From a virus (taxonomy: Duplodnaviria > Caudoviricetes): DNA of 59,525 nucleotides. Made by a program: the position numbers and the translations under genes. Positions within the stretch are counted from its first letter, which is position 1. Every line of letters starts with the position of its first letter. Under the pieces are notes generated by a model that saw only the letters and a list, made by a program, of their open reading frames with translations, ran no database searches and had not been told where the DNA came from. The DNA is taken from IMG/VR virus record IMGVR_UViG_3300049854_000016, positions 1 to 59,525 of that record. The stretch is one strand, 5' to 3'. Positions 1 through 7,989 of this stretch are shown in pieces.

Positions 1-127
1 AAGCGACTGTATCAGCACATCCCTTTATAGCGAAGAACCATATATACGCACCTATTACAAGCAATACGGCCCATGTCAGCCATATCATCATTTCTTCTTT
101 GCCCCTTTGTTTTTTGGCTCTGAACAG
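1..127. repeat. Terminal direct repeat (left copy), circular-assembly overlap
   Basis: Bases 1-127 are identical to 59399-59525. Confidence 0.95.
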
Positions 128-180
128 CTGTATCTCTTGGAGTAAAGACTCTGGGTGTTCCATTCTAATCCTTCGTACTC

Positions 181-300
181 TCACTTGTTTAACTTGTTTT
201 TCAGATATTGTCGCCATATTTCTTCGCACCTTTCGATATACGAATTACTTTCTGTTGCTGTTTGTTGGACACCACCCAGAGCCGCCGCTGCCTTTTTCAT
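181..300 (-). CDS. Small hypothetical protein (39 aa; not in ORF track)
   Basis: ATG overlaps the stop of 297..554 (ATGA coupling); reads MKKAAAALGGVQQ...KLNK*. Confidence 0.4.
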   Translation of the reverse strand: MKKAAAALGGVQQTATESNSYIERCEEIWRQYLKNKLNK

Positions 301-554
301 TGCCCCGTTTCCCCACATTTCGCTCTCTTATATGCCTCAATCATATCCTTATCATCCTTTGTTTCGGGATATACTTCTATCACCAGCCTACAGATTATCT
401 TTGCAAGAGCATCAGGTATATCCACACCTTTACCCCCCATCCCATCTATCATGCAGAGATACCCAGGGTCGAATCCAAACGGATGTATGCCCACCATCTC
501 CATTCTCATGGCATTGGCTACGTACTTATTCAGAAATTCATCATACTGGCTCAT
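297..554 (-). CDS. Hypothetical protein
   Basis: ATGA-coupled to 551..1126; AGGAG RBS upstream. Confidence 0.7.
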   Translation of the reverse strand: MSQYDEFLNKYVANAMRMEMVGIHPFGFDPGYLCMIDGMGGKGVDIPDALAKIICRLVIEVYPETKDDKDMIEAYKRAKCGETGQ

Positions 555-1126
555 GGTTGCTCCTCCTTTAAGTCATACACGTTCACAAACGTATAGTGCT
601 CGTCCGAATACCAGGGCCCCTCATCATCCGCTATCTCCTCATGCTGGCTGCCGTCGTTGCCTGTAACCCGCCTGGTGTCGCAGGGGTAAAGTATCCTCGC
701 CACAAATACATTACCTTCCTTATCCATAACGTCAACACCAACAATATGGTCACCTTCTCCCTCTTCTGCAGGGGCATCCGTATCCGCAGCATCTCGTTTG
801 CAAGCCTTGACTTGACCTTTAGGGGATAAACATTGCCCCTCATCACAGAAAGGACAATCTTCCCATCCGTCACGCATTTCAGTACACTCATCATCATCCA
901 ATGAGTTAATTAGGTTGTCAAACACAGCTATCTCAACCCCATTAACAGATTCGTAAGCATCCAGACCCTCCGCTATCCGTGCAGCCATCTGTATCTCGCC
1001 ATCTATTTCCTGCCCCCCATGTGTTACGTATTCGTGCCATAAATATGCACCCAGATACTCAGCCAGCTCCTTTTTGGCTGCATCCTCATCGCTCAGCTCC
1101 GTAATTTCTATCCCGTACTTATCCAT
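551..1126 (-). CDS. Acidic hypothetical protein with Cys cluster
   Basis: 191 aa, very D/E-rich, CPFC motif; AAGGA RBS; packed with neighbours. Confidence 0.7.
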   Translation of the reverse strand: MDKYGIEITELSDEDAAKKELAEYLGAYLWHEYVTHGGQEIDGEIQMAARIAEGLDAYESVNGVEIAVFDNLINSLDDDECTEMRDGWEDCPFCDEGQCLSPKGQVKACKRDAADTDAPAEEGEGDHIVGVDVMDKEGNVFVARILYPCDTRRVTGNDGSQHEEIADDEGPWYSDEHYTFVNVYDLKEEQP

Positions 1127-1130
1127 CTGC

Positions 1131-1358
1131 TTATCCTTTCTTTATTCTCTTAAGCCCGGAAAAGGCTGTTTCTATTCTCTTGGCCTTGAAAAAGGCTATT
1201 TGTATTCGCTCATACTCCTCGCTACACTTCCGGCATAACGAAGCATGGACGGTTTTGTAGCAAAGTAACTGGAAGCCTACGACCATACAGTTTATATAGT
1301 CAGTTGGCTTCTTACAGCGGGAGCAACTCCATATTTTTGCCATCTTCTTACCTTTCAT
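1131..1358 (-). CDS. Small zinc-ribbon-like hypothetical protein
   Basis: CSRC and CRKC pairs; first gene after promoter 1389..1416. Confidence 0.55.
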   Translation of the reverse strand: MKGKKMAKIWSCSRCKKPTDYINCMVVGFQLLCYKTVHASLCRKCSEEYERIQIAFFKAKRIETAFSGLKRIKKG

Positions 1359-1388
1359 GTATAGGGGAATAAATTTTTCAAACTATAA

Positions 1389-1416
1389 ACTATACGTTTT
1401 TCGGATTTTTTTGTTC
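1389..1416 (-). promoter_or_regulatory. GAAC-N16-CGTA promoter (copy 1)
   Basis: Minus strand GAACAAAA...CGTATAGT in an AT-rich intergenic gap; one of eight copies. Confidence 0.7.
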
Positions 1417-1434
1417 AAAAATTTCTTTTGCTGT

Positions 1435-1659
1435 CTACCTCCGCATACGGTATACTTCCTTTTGATGAGCCTCCTCACATCCGGCTTCGTAAGCCTCCCG
1501 CATCAACTTATACACAGCTCGTACAAGTATATCTCTAAATGCTGCCTTAACTCCACTATCCATATACCGGAAGAAGAAGTTCACTGTTCGGCTGTTATTG
1601 ACCCAATCCCTTGCCCTGCCTTTGATATTCAGCTTACGGCTCTTCTTGTACTGGCCCAT
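1435..1659 (-). CDS. Basic hypothetical protein
   Basis: Likely start MGQYKK at 1659, preceded by GGAGG. Confidence 0.55.
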   Translation of the reverse strand: MGQYKKSRKLNIKGRARDWVNNSRTVNFFFRYMDSGVKAAFRDILVRAVYKLMREAYEAGCEEAHQKEVYRMRR

Positions 1660-1873
1660 CTGCCGCCTCCATTTCCTTACTAATAGCATCAAGGCTTTCC
1701 GTATCGTTCAGTTCATGCAACTGTTTTATCCAGTAGCCACCATTTATATTTTCGTCACCGGTACTCAGCATCTCTGTTAGGCATTCCTTGCAGACTCGCG
1801 GCTGTTGTATTCCTTCTATTTTAGCGGAGTGGCATAATACCTTCATTTCTCCACACTTTGCACAGGTATTCAT
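1634..1873 (-). CDS. Small zinc-ribbon-like hypothetical protein
   Basis: CAKC and CKEC pairs; AAGGA RBS. Confidence 0.6.
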   Translation of the reverse strand: MNTCAKCGEMKVLCHSAKIEGIQQPRVCKECLTEMLSTGDENINGGYWIKQLHELNDTESLDAISKEMEAADGPVQEEP

Positions 1874-1874
1874 G

Positions 1875-2060
1875 TTATCCTTCTTTCTCCCCCTCTGCAG
1901 GGGCCTCTGCTATTATCTTGTTCAAGTTATCCTCGCCGTTCACGAGCACGCCATCCACGTAAGCATTGCCGCATTCAGGGCATATCACCCCAGCCTTGGA
2001 GTTCCATGTGACGTATGCCGCATCGCCCTCGTTGAATTTATACCCACATTCACATACCAT
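1875..2060 (-). CDS. Small zinc-ribbon-like hypothetical protein
   Basis: CECG and CPECG motifs; AAGGA RBS. Confidence 0.6.
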   Translation of the reverse strand: MVCECGYKFNEGDAAYVTWNSKAGVICPECGNAYVDGVLVNGEDNLNKIIAEAPAEGEKEG

Positions 2061-2073
2061 ACGCTATCCTTTC

Positions 2074-2112
2074 AATAAAAGGCTGGGTAGCCTCTGACAT
2101 AACTACCCAACC
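2074..2112 (-). terminator. Intrinsic terminator closing the ubiquitin-like operon
   Basis: GGTTGGGTAGTT / GGCTACCCAGCC stem followed by TTTTATT, just after the E1 stop. Confidence 0.75.
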
Positions 2113-2140
2113 CACCAAAGAGGTAAGAAGATAAGTTCTG

Positions 2141-2932
2141 TTAGTTAATCCTTGTTACAGACATCCCGACGGTTTCGAGCACGAAATCGGGAATCGCCAC
2201 TTGTTTATAGTTCAGCCAGTTTACAAGCTGGCTCACAACCAGTCCCGCCGCAATACCTGCTCCATAATACGTCATCCGGTCGGTACAGGCCCCCTGAAAT
2301 GCCTCCGTGTCCGTGTAGAGAGTCTTCTCATAGTAATCCCTCTGCTGCTCATTGCTGAGGTCTATGGTCAATATACGGATTACCCTGCTGGTCAGCCTGC
2401 TGTCAATCCACAGTTTGGGCCCCTGCAGAAGATTGTGGGTCTTTAGTGTATTCCATATCGTCGTGCGGGCCCTCATCGTGTCCACACAGCAGAGAAATAC
2501 TTGAGTATCCCATTTTGCACGAGAAATATATGACCCATCTCGGGCATAGTTGAAAAAACAATCCTCAAATTTGTGGAAATAGCCGATGAATGTACTCCGC
2601 CTGTTGCTGAGCGTATCCATCAGTATATCGGCCTTATATGAGCCAATATCCTTCTCTTTCCATCCTTGAGTGCCCAAATTCTTGTACTCAATTTCATCCG
2701 GGTCTGCTCCCCACAATCCTTTGTGGCCCATCGTGCTGAGGATAGTGGCCACCTGCTTGCCGGTAGCTCCAAGTCCCGCTATCCCGATTGTCTTGGACCT
2801 GAATTCCTTCAGGGGCACTGCATCTGCAAACCGGCTGTCTGCCTGCTGCTCTGCAATGTCCTCTTCTTCTATTGGAGCCAGAATCCCTTCTTCGGGGTCC
2901 CGGCTGCCTTGACTGTTTTCGACTGCTGACAT
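2141..2932 (-). CDS. E1-like (ThiF/MoeB family) Ubl-activating enzyme
   Basis: GIAGLGATG nucleotide-binding loop, DPDEIEYKNLGTQ, CVD...R, WIDSR, and a candidate catalytic Cys in FQGACTD. Start reassigned to ATG 2932 (AAGGA RBS). Confidence 0.88.
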   Translation of the reverse strand: MSAVENSQGSRDPEEGILAPIEEEDIAEQQADSRFADAVPLKEFRSKTIGIAGLGATGKQVATILSTMGHKGLWGADPDEIEYKNLGTQGWKEKDIGSYKADILMDTLSNRRSTFIGYFHKFEDCFFNYARDGSYISRAKWDTQVFLCCVDTMRARTTIWNTLKTHNLLQGPKLWIDSRLTSRVIRILTIDLSNEQQRDYYEKTLYTDTEAFQGACTDRMTYYGAGIAAGLVVSQLVNWLNYKQVAIPDFVLETVGMSVTRIN

Positions 2933-3846
2933 GGTTTTCCTTTCGTTTTGATACCCTGTCCTGGTTTTACTTTGCCATCTTTCATGCAGTGCCGCAATGC
3001 CGAGGGCGTATTGCACGTCACGAGGTCTCCCCACTTGCCGACTTCTTCCATTAGGAAGCCTTCCTGCCGGGCCTCTACATACTGGAACAATGACATATTA
3101 CCGGCTGGAGCCGTCCACTTCGGATACCCAGGCTTATTCCAGCTGCCCCACTCTTCCCTATATAGGTTCCACATCTCTGCAGGGACGGGTTCTGAGACTT
3201 TAGTCGGCGTGTATTTGGTAATCTTGCCGTGCCTGCCTTGTGCAAATCCATACCCATGACCCTTATGGACCCACCCGCCTTCTTCGGAATCGAACACAAC
3301 CAGAGCAGTTTCATTGGCTTCTTTGATATTACGGTCAAACTCAGCATCCCAGCCCTTTACGACTTCTGCAGGGGCTATCATATCCCATGCTATCCCATAG
3401 TCCAGCTCTACCACTATCGGTTCGTTGCCGATGAGTTCGTTCCGCATCTGTAGCCGTACAAGAGGAGCTGACTGTCCCATAATAACCATCACGGCCCAAT
3501 CTGAATCAGCCCCCGTCTTCTCCACCAGAGTCTTGAGGTCCGTTCCGGAGGGGTTCGGCTTATCATCCGCAAACGGATGTGAATGAATCCATATCCGCAT
3601 ACACCTGCAGGGGGGTATCCCGGCCTTCGCCATGTTTGTCATATAAACGGCCAGGTCCGTGTCATCCATTTCCGTTTCCATCCCCGAACATTCCTGCTTG
3701 ACTGTATAGAAATCCACTACCATCAGGGGGTCTGTGTCCGAGCTAACTCCAAACCCGCTGATTTCCAGCTTACCGGCCTTCGCCATCAAGTACCTGATTT
3801 TAGCCCACGCTAAGGGGCTAAAGGTTAATCTTTTTAATATCTTCAT
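2869..3846 (-). CDS. JAB/MPN (JAMM) metalloprotease with C-terminal extension
   Basis: N-terminal Glu in LEISGFG; WIHSHPFADDKPNPSGTD matches HxH...SxxD. Confidence 0.88.
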   Translation of the reverse strand: MKILKRLTFSPLAWAKIRYLMAKAGKLEISGFGVSSDTDPLMVVDFYTVKQECSGMETEMDDTDLAVYMTNMAKAGIPPCRCMRIWIHSHPFADDKPNPSGTDLKTLVEKTGADSDWAVMVIMGQSAPLVRLQMRNELIGNEPIVVELDYGIAWDMIAPAEVVKGWDAEFDRNIKEANETALVVFDSEEGGWVHKGHGYGFAQGRHGKITKYTPTKVSEPVPAEMWNLYREEWGSWNKPGYPKWTAPAGNMSLFQYVEARQEGFLMEEVGKWGDLVTCNTPSALRHCMKDGKVKPGQGIKTKGKPCQQSKTVKAAGTPKKGFWLQ

Positions 3847-5098
3847 CTGTATATCCTTTCTCTTTTAAGAATTTGGATGTAGATGCGGGTCTGTTATGTT
3901 CGTGGTATGCACAAATATTCCACTTTGCCAGCTCCGGTTTCTTCGATATGCAGTTCGGGCACGGATGGTCCTGCCCCACCGGGCACTCTACACTGCATTT
4001 AAGGCAGCGGCCTTCACCACATCCCATGCACATCAAAACGTGCTTGTAACATAGGTGCCTGCCACACTTACAGCACTTATATTCGGTTTTCTTCCGGTTC
4101 TTGTTGCAGCATTTACAGATACGGATGCCTTTTAGTTCCCCTGTATCCTCTTTCCTGCAGACTGCACATCTCGGAGACCTGGCCACCCTGAACGATTTAC
4201 TGCATTTAACGCAGTACGCACTACAGCATACTGGGCACGTCACTGCGGCTGTTGGAATGTCGGCTCTCTTTATCCAGCGGTTACACCTGTAGTTTCGGCA
4301 TCTGATGCCCTGCTGATTTGAAAACTCTTCAAGCATTGCATAGGGCCCGTGCGGATTGTAGGTCCGATATAACCGGTTAAAGAGGGCCCATATAGTTAGA
4401 ATGTCTCCCCGACTCTTCGCTGTATAAGCTGCTTCATTATACTCAGAGCCCCAGCAGATGCTTCCTTCATCGCTGATATGCGGGTGCATGTGCCTGGATG
4501 TGCCTGAATGATGGAGTCTTCCTTTAGTCCTCATCGCTGCAACATAGCAGCTTAACTCTCCACCACTCCATTTCATCAGCAGTTTCATGTCGTGGAACGG
4601 GACTTTCAATAGTCCTTTATATGATAAGGCAATGGGTGGAAGCGGTATCGTGATAGTCAGATAGCCCGGCTCTGCTGACTCTACTGCCCAATTCTCATTC
4701 AACTTATCAAGGAAGTTTCTCCACACAGCCTCATCGTGGGCCATTACTTGCCGCATCCGAATCCCCGAAGCACCGTCGAGTCGGAATAGGAGACTACCTA
4801 TATTGTCGGAGTACCGAGCAACTGTACTACTATCAAACCGGTGACTGTGGCTTTCATTGTAAAGTTTATTCATTTCATCCCGTACTTCGGGGCTGAAATC
4901 CCTGGCCTTCAACTTCTTCAGAACTTCTGCGGTACGGTCGGCATACTCGGCTGGAATACATTTCTCCACGTATCCTATCCATTCATCCAGCCGTCTGTAG
5001 TAGTTGAAGAAGGCCATTATATCGGTTACTGCTTTAGCCACCTTCAACTCCCACTCTTCCGGGTTGCTCTTTTTTATCTTCTGTTTCCTCTTTGCCAT
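3818..5098 (-). CDS. E2-like (UBC-fold) conjugating enzyme fused to C-terminal multi-zinc-finger region
   Basis: HPHISDEGSICWG resembles the E2 HPNI..G.ICL motif (Cys codon 4454-4456), with YNPHGPY downstream; about two dozen Cys in the last ~160 aa. Confidence 0.82.
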   Translation of the reverse strand: MAKRKQKIKKSNPEEWELKVAKAVTDIMAFFNYYRRLDEWIGYVEKCIPAEYADRTAEVLKKLKARDFSPEVRDEMNKLYNESHSHRFDSSTVARYSDNIGSLLFRLDGASGIRMRQVMAHDEAVWRNFLDKLNENWAVESAEPGYLTITIPLPPIALSYKGLLKVPFHDMKLLMKWSGGELSCYVAAMRTKGRLHHSGTSRHMHPHISDEGSICWGSEYNEAAYTAKSRGDILTIWALFNRLYRTYNPHGPYAMLEEFSNQQGIRCRNYRCNRWIKRADIPTAAVTCPVCCSAYCVKCSKSFRVARSPRCAVCRKEDTGELKGIRICKCCNKNRKKTEYKCCKCGRHLCYKHVLMCMGCGEGRCLKCSVECPVGQDHPCPNCISKKPELAKWNICAYHEHNRPASTSKFLKEKGYTDEDIKKINL

Positions 5099-5121
5099 GC
5101 TTATATCCCTTCACAAATAAA

Positions 5122-5263
5122 ACCGGCGAGGTGGGCAGAATTCCCCACTCTGCGTCCCCAAGTATACTGAGACAAGTCCACCTTACAATTCCTCGGTCGT
5201 TAGCCTCACTTGTTCAACCATAGATAACGTATCTATTCCGGCTTTCGCCGCCACCCCACCGGT
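5122..5263 (-). ncRNA. Putative structured RNA between the Ubl and E2 genes
   Basis: 13-bp closing helix (5251-5263 with 5122-5134, two G-U pairs) enclosing CGGC-GAAA-GCCG, ATAGATA/TATCTAT and GCAGA/TCTGC hairpins. Confidence 0.55.
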
Positions 5264-5322
5264 ACTGGCGTTAGTTTCAACCATTCTGGAATAATACCAA
5301 TCTGGCATCCACTAACTCTTCT

Positions 5323-5565
5323 TTAGTTGCCCTTTACGTTGAGCGGGACGATGATGACGAACTCGCCGCCCTTCAGCTTGTGGGTGGATAAGTCTTTCTT
5401 ATTCACTGCCGTGCCGTCCACGACGACCTGGAATTTATCGGGGTCTACCACGCCCAGCTCTGCGTGCAGCAGCGACTCCAGCGACATATTCGTTGGAATA
5501 CTGGGATTCGTCATCTGGCCTTTGTCCCTGTTCGATACTAACGTAATTGTTCCGTTCATTGTCAT
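5323..5565 (-). CDS. Ubiquitin-like beta-grasp protein (ThiS/MoaD/Ub-like)
   Basis: 80 aa; SLESLL helix, VVVDG, LKGGEFVIIVP; ends NVKGN; adjacent to E2, JAB and E1 genes. Confidence 0.82.
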   Translation of the reverse strand: MTMNGTITLVSNRDKGQMTNPSIPTNMSLESLLHAELGVVDPDKFQVVVDGTAVNKKDLSTHKLKGGEFVIIVPLNVKGN

Positions 5566-5585
5566 ACTGTACTACCTGCCTTTCG

Positions 5586-5825
5586 TTAATTGATTTGTGT
5601 TACCTTTATTCCCTTGATTATTGCCAACCGCCTCACTGTATTCCTGTGCTTCGTAGCTGCGATACTGATAAACTGTGAGGCATTCGGCATCACTATTCCA
5701 CTTCCATCTTCGTTCCACTCTGCTATTTTGGTCCCATTCGTCATTAACTCCTTTCCGTTACTACTAATAGGCCCTGCCGCTGGTTTTCGGTTCAGAAAAC
5801 TGTCCACAATCTCGTCGTTAGTCAT
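5586..5825 (-). CDS. Hypothetical protein, co-transcribed with the Ubl operon
   Basis: AAGGAG RBS; 79 aa. Confidence 0.7.
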   Translation of the reverse strand: MTNDEIVDSFLNRKPAAGPISSNGKELMTNGTKIAEWNEDGSGIVMPNASQFISIAATKHRNTVRRLAIIKGIKVTQIN

Positions 5826-5887
5826 CCATCGGTTACTCCTTTCTCTTACCTTCAGTACCTATTGACTACTGCTGTTCCCGCCACCAG

Positions 5888-6139
5888 CTACTTTCTCTTC
5901 CATGTTACCTGGATGTCTACGGGGATGAGTTTGCCCTCATCACACAGACTATCCATCATATCACCGTCCCGGAGTCTAATAGCATCCTGGTTCCCTATGT
6001 CACATTTCATCCATACATCACCATTACAGATAAATGCGTCGCCGTTATCAAGGTCGTTGAACTCAACAGTTCCGGTCTCTGTTACCTCCGGTGTTACACG
6101 GCATTTCGGTGCTCCTGTACTTCTCTTTCTTGTTCCCAC
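5888..6139 (-). CDS. Hypothetical protein, first gene of the Ubl operon
   Basis: AAGGAG RBS before GTG; 83 aa. Confidence 0.65.
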   Translation of the reverse strand: MGTRKRSTGAPKCRVTPEVTETGTVEFNDLDNGDAFICNGDVWMKCDIGNQDAIRLRDGDMMDSLCDEGKLIPVDIQVTWKRK

Positions 6140-6190
6140 GATATGCTCCTTTCAAAAAATTTTTTTTCAAAAAAAAAATCGGCCTGCGAA

Positions 6191-6218
6191 AATATACGCG
6201 AGCCGAAATTTTTTGTTC
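6191..6218 (-). promoter_or_regulatory. GAAC-N16-CGTA promoter (copy 2), upstream of the Ubl operon
   Basis: GAACAAAA...CGTATATT. Confidence 0.7.
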
Positions 6219-6226
6219 GTAAAAAG

Positions 6227-6267
6227 TTTTTCTTTTTTCTTTTTTCTTTTTTCTTTTTTCTTTTTTC
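6227..6267. repeat. Heptamer tandem repeat (TTTTTTC)x5 plus a partial copy
   Basis: Read directly; immediately upstream of promoter copy 2. Confidence 0.9.
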
Positions 6268-6345
6268 TTACATCTATTTTCTTTCTTCCTGTTGACTTCT
6301 TCTATCTTCTCAATAGGAAAAAAAATTTTGCCAATACAGGAATTA

Positions 6346-6597
6346 TCACTCGAATACTCGGAAGCTCAGTATCTCGCTCCTCGGTATCACCTCCTTCCGG
6401 ATAGTCCACTCATTCTCTTTCGACTGCTTATGGGCCGGGAACTCCACCGCTATATTCCGGTCTGACTCTCCTACTATGGCCACCTTATCGTAGACGGCCC
6501 TTGTAGTCTCTATCCTCGCAAACTCGCAGCCGGATACCTGCCGCTCCCAGTCCGTTATTACCTTATCCTTGCCGTATATCAGGTCCATTAGTTCCAC
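6346..6597 (-). CDS. Hypothetical protein
   Basis: 83-aa ORF packed in the minus-strand operon. Confidence 0.6.
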   Translation of the reverse strand: MELMDLIYGKDKVITDWERQVSGCEFARIETTRAVYDKVAIVGESDRNIAVEFPAHKQSKENEWTIRKEVIPRSEILSFRVFE

Positions 6598-6802
6598 CTT
6601 TTATAAAGGAAATCTCTTGTCTCATATACCTTGCCCACGCACAATTAGCAGTCGACAAACCAAAACCAAAAACACCACTGTTAGCATCCAGTTTACGACC
6701 GCATTGACACCTGATTACTTTATCCCCATTTACCCAACCAGCCATGTCAATCATCGCAAACTTTCCGCATATACATTGAAAAAAAGTGCTTGCCATTGTC
6801 AC
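6563..6802 (-). CDS. Small Cys-rich hypothetical protein
   Basis: CICG and CQCG motifs. Confidence 0.55.
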   Translation of the reverse strand: MTMASTFFQCICGKFAMIDMAGWVNGDKVIRCQCGRKLDANSGVFGFGLSTANCAWARYMRQEISFIKGGTNGPDIRQG

Positions 6803-6818
6803 ACCTTTCTGCAGGGGC

Positions 6819-7517
6819 CTAAATCCGTCCTCTTGAGCCTCTATACTTAATTACCGCCTTAAACAGTTTCTCTGTCGAAATTACGTCCTGCCTGTTATGT
6901 TTGAGAATATAATCCATAGCTGGCTGGTGTCCCGCTAACGCATCCTGCCACACCTCCACATTGAACGGCAATCCCTTCGCCGGTATCTTGAACAGCCGAC
7001 ACGCATTTGCCATAGTCCGCTTCGACAGCTTAAAGTATTTCTTCACAATGTCAAACAGGTCAATCACTTTAATCTGCTTCCACTCCGGGAAACCTTCAAT
7101 CCCCCACCTCGCACACCGGGTTCTCAGGAACGGTATGTCGTGCCGCTGGTATTGGCCACCTACGTCCCGACCGTAGTATACCACCAGTGTATCGAAGTTC
7201 CACACGTCCTTACAGAATTTCTCAAGCAGCCGCTTGTCTTTAGTGCCGCCGCCCATCAGCGGAGCCCTTACTTCAGCGGGTGTGATAGCTCCCCAGTATA
7301 TCGTCCCATTCAGTGCCTTTATACAGTACGTCAGCAGTAATCCCCAGTCGGCATCGAGGCTGCCGCCGCTCTCAATATCCAGGAATCCTATACGTTCCCC
7401 GACTGCCCTTGCCTTATCGAAACAGGCTGGGTGGTCAAACCCATTGTGTCTGTGCTGGCATCTGTAGTTGTGCCGGTCCAGCATCTCGGCTTTAAGCATC
7501 AGGTTTACATTCAGCAT
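6819..7517 (-). CDS. DnaQ/RNase H-like (PolB-exo-type) 3'-5' exonuclease
   Basis: FLDIES (ExoI), HDIPFLRTR (ExoII), IDLF, HNRQDV (ExoIII). Confidence 0.8.
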   Translation of the reverse strand: MLNVNLMLKAEMLDRHNYRCQHRHNGFDHPACFDKARAVGERIGFLDIESGGSLDADWGLLLTYCIKALNGTIYWGAITPAEVRAPLMGGGTKDKRLLEKFCKDVWNFDTLVVYYGRDVGGQYQRHDIPFLRTRCARWGIEGFPEWKQIKVIDLFDIVKKYFKLSKRTMANACRLFKIPAKGLPFNVEVWQDALAGHQPAMDYILKHNRQDVISTEKLFKAVIKYRGSRGRI

Positions 7518-7989
7518 TCGCTTTCAACTCCTTCAAGGCTTCTCTAAATTCTTCCGAACAATAACGCTCGAACTCTTGATAACTCTCGAACAGCTGGTTC
7601 GCATGGAACTGTAGCCACGGGTGTCTGATGTGCCCGTTAGTCACGATAATATACACCGGCTTGTTCATCAGGAACGCATGGGCAATCTCCATGATAGTCC
7701 CATAGCTGCGGCTCTCGTCTATAACAGCCACCAATCCGCCGGACTTCGAGATTTGTTCCAGGTCGGCTATTACTATCCGGCTCGGGTCACAATCATACTT
7801 TGTTCTTTTCCCCTCGTCTACATCCGTTGTATCCGTACGGCCTGTATTATAGAGTGGATTCAGTAAATCCAGCATCGGGAACTTCTTCTCCATGCTCAGC
7901 TCCCATGCCCTCACCTTCTCCCTGCTGTCAAATGGATGAGCCAGATATAACTTGAGAGGTATGGCTTTCTTTGAGGTTCTTTTCTTCAT
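7492..7989 (-). CDS. Nucleoside 2-deoxyribosyltransferase-like protein
   Basis: LYLAHPF, DLEQI, SYGTIMEIAHA, KPVY. Confidence 0.8.
   Translation of the reverse strand: MKKRTSKKAIPLKLYLAHPFDSREKVRAWELSMEKKFPMLDLLNPLYNTGRTDTTDVDEGKRTKYDCDPSRIVIADLEQISKSGGLVAVIDESRSYGTIMEIAHAFLMNKPVYIIVTNGHIRHPWLQFHANQLFESYQEFERYCSEEFREALKELKANAECKPDA

Noticed and set aside
1-127. 127-bp terminal repeat as a biological direct terminal repeat
   Set aside because: 127 is a common assembler k-mer length and the repeat falls inside a gene, so it is best read as circular overlap.
2141-5565. ThiF plus ThiS as a thiamine, molybdopterin or sulfur-relay auxiliary module
   Set aside because: No ThiG, MoaE, rhodanese or cysteine synthase is present, and an E2 with a catalytic Cys points to protein conjugation.
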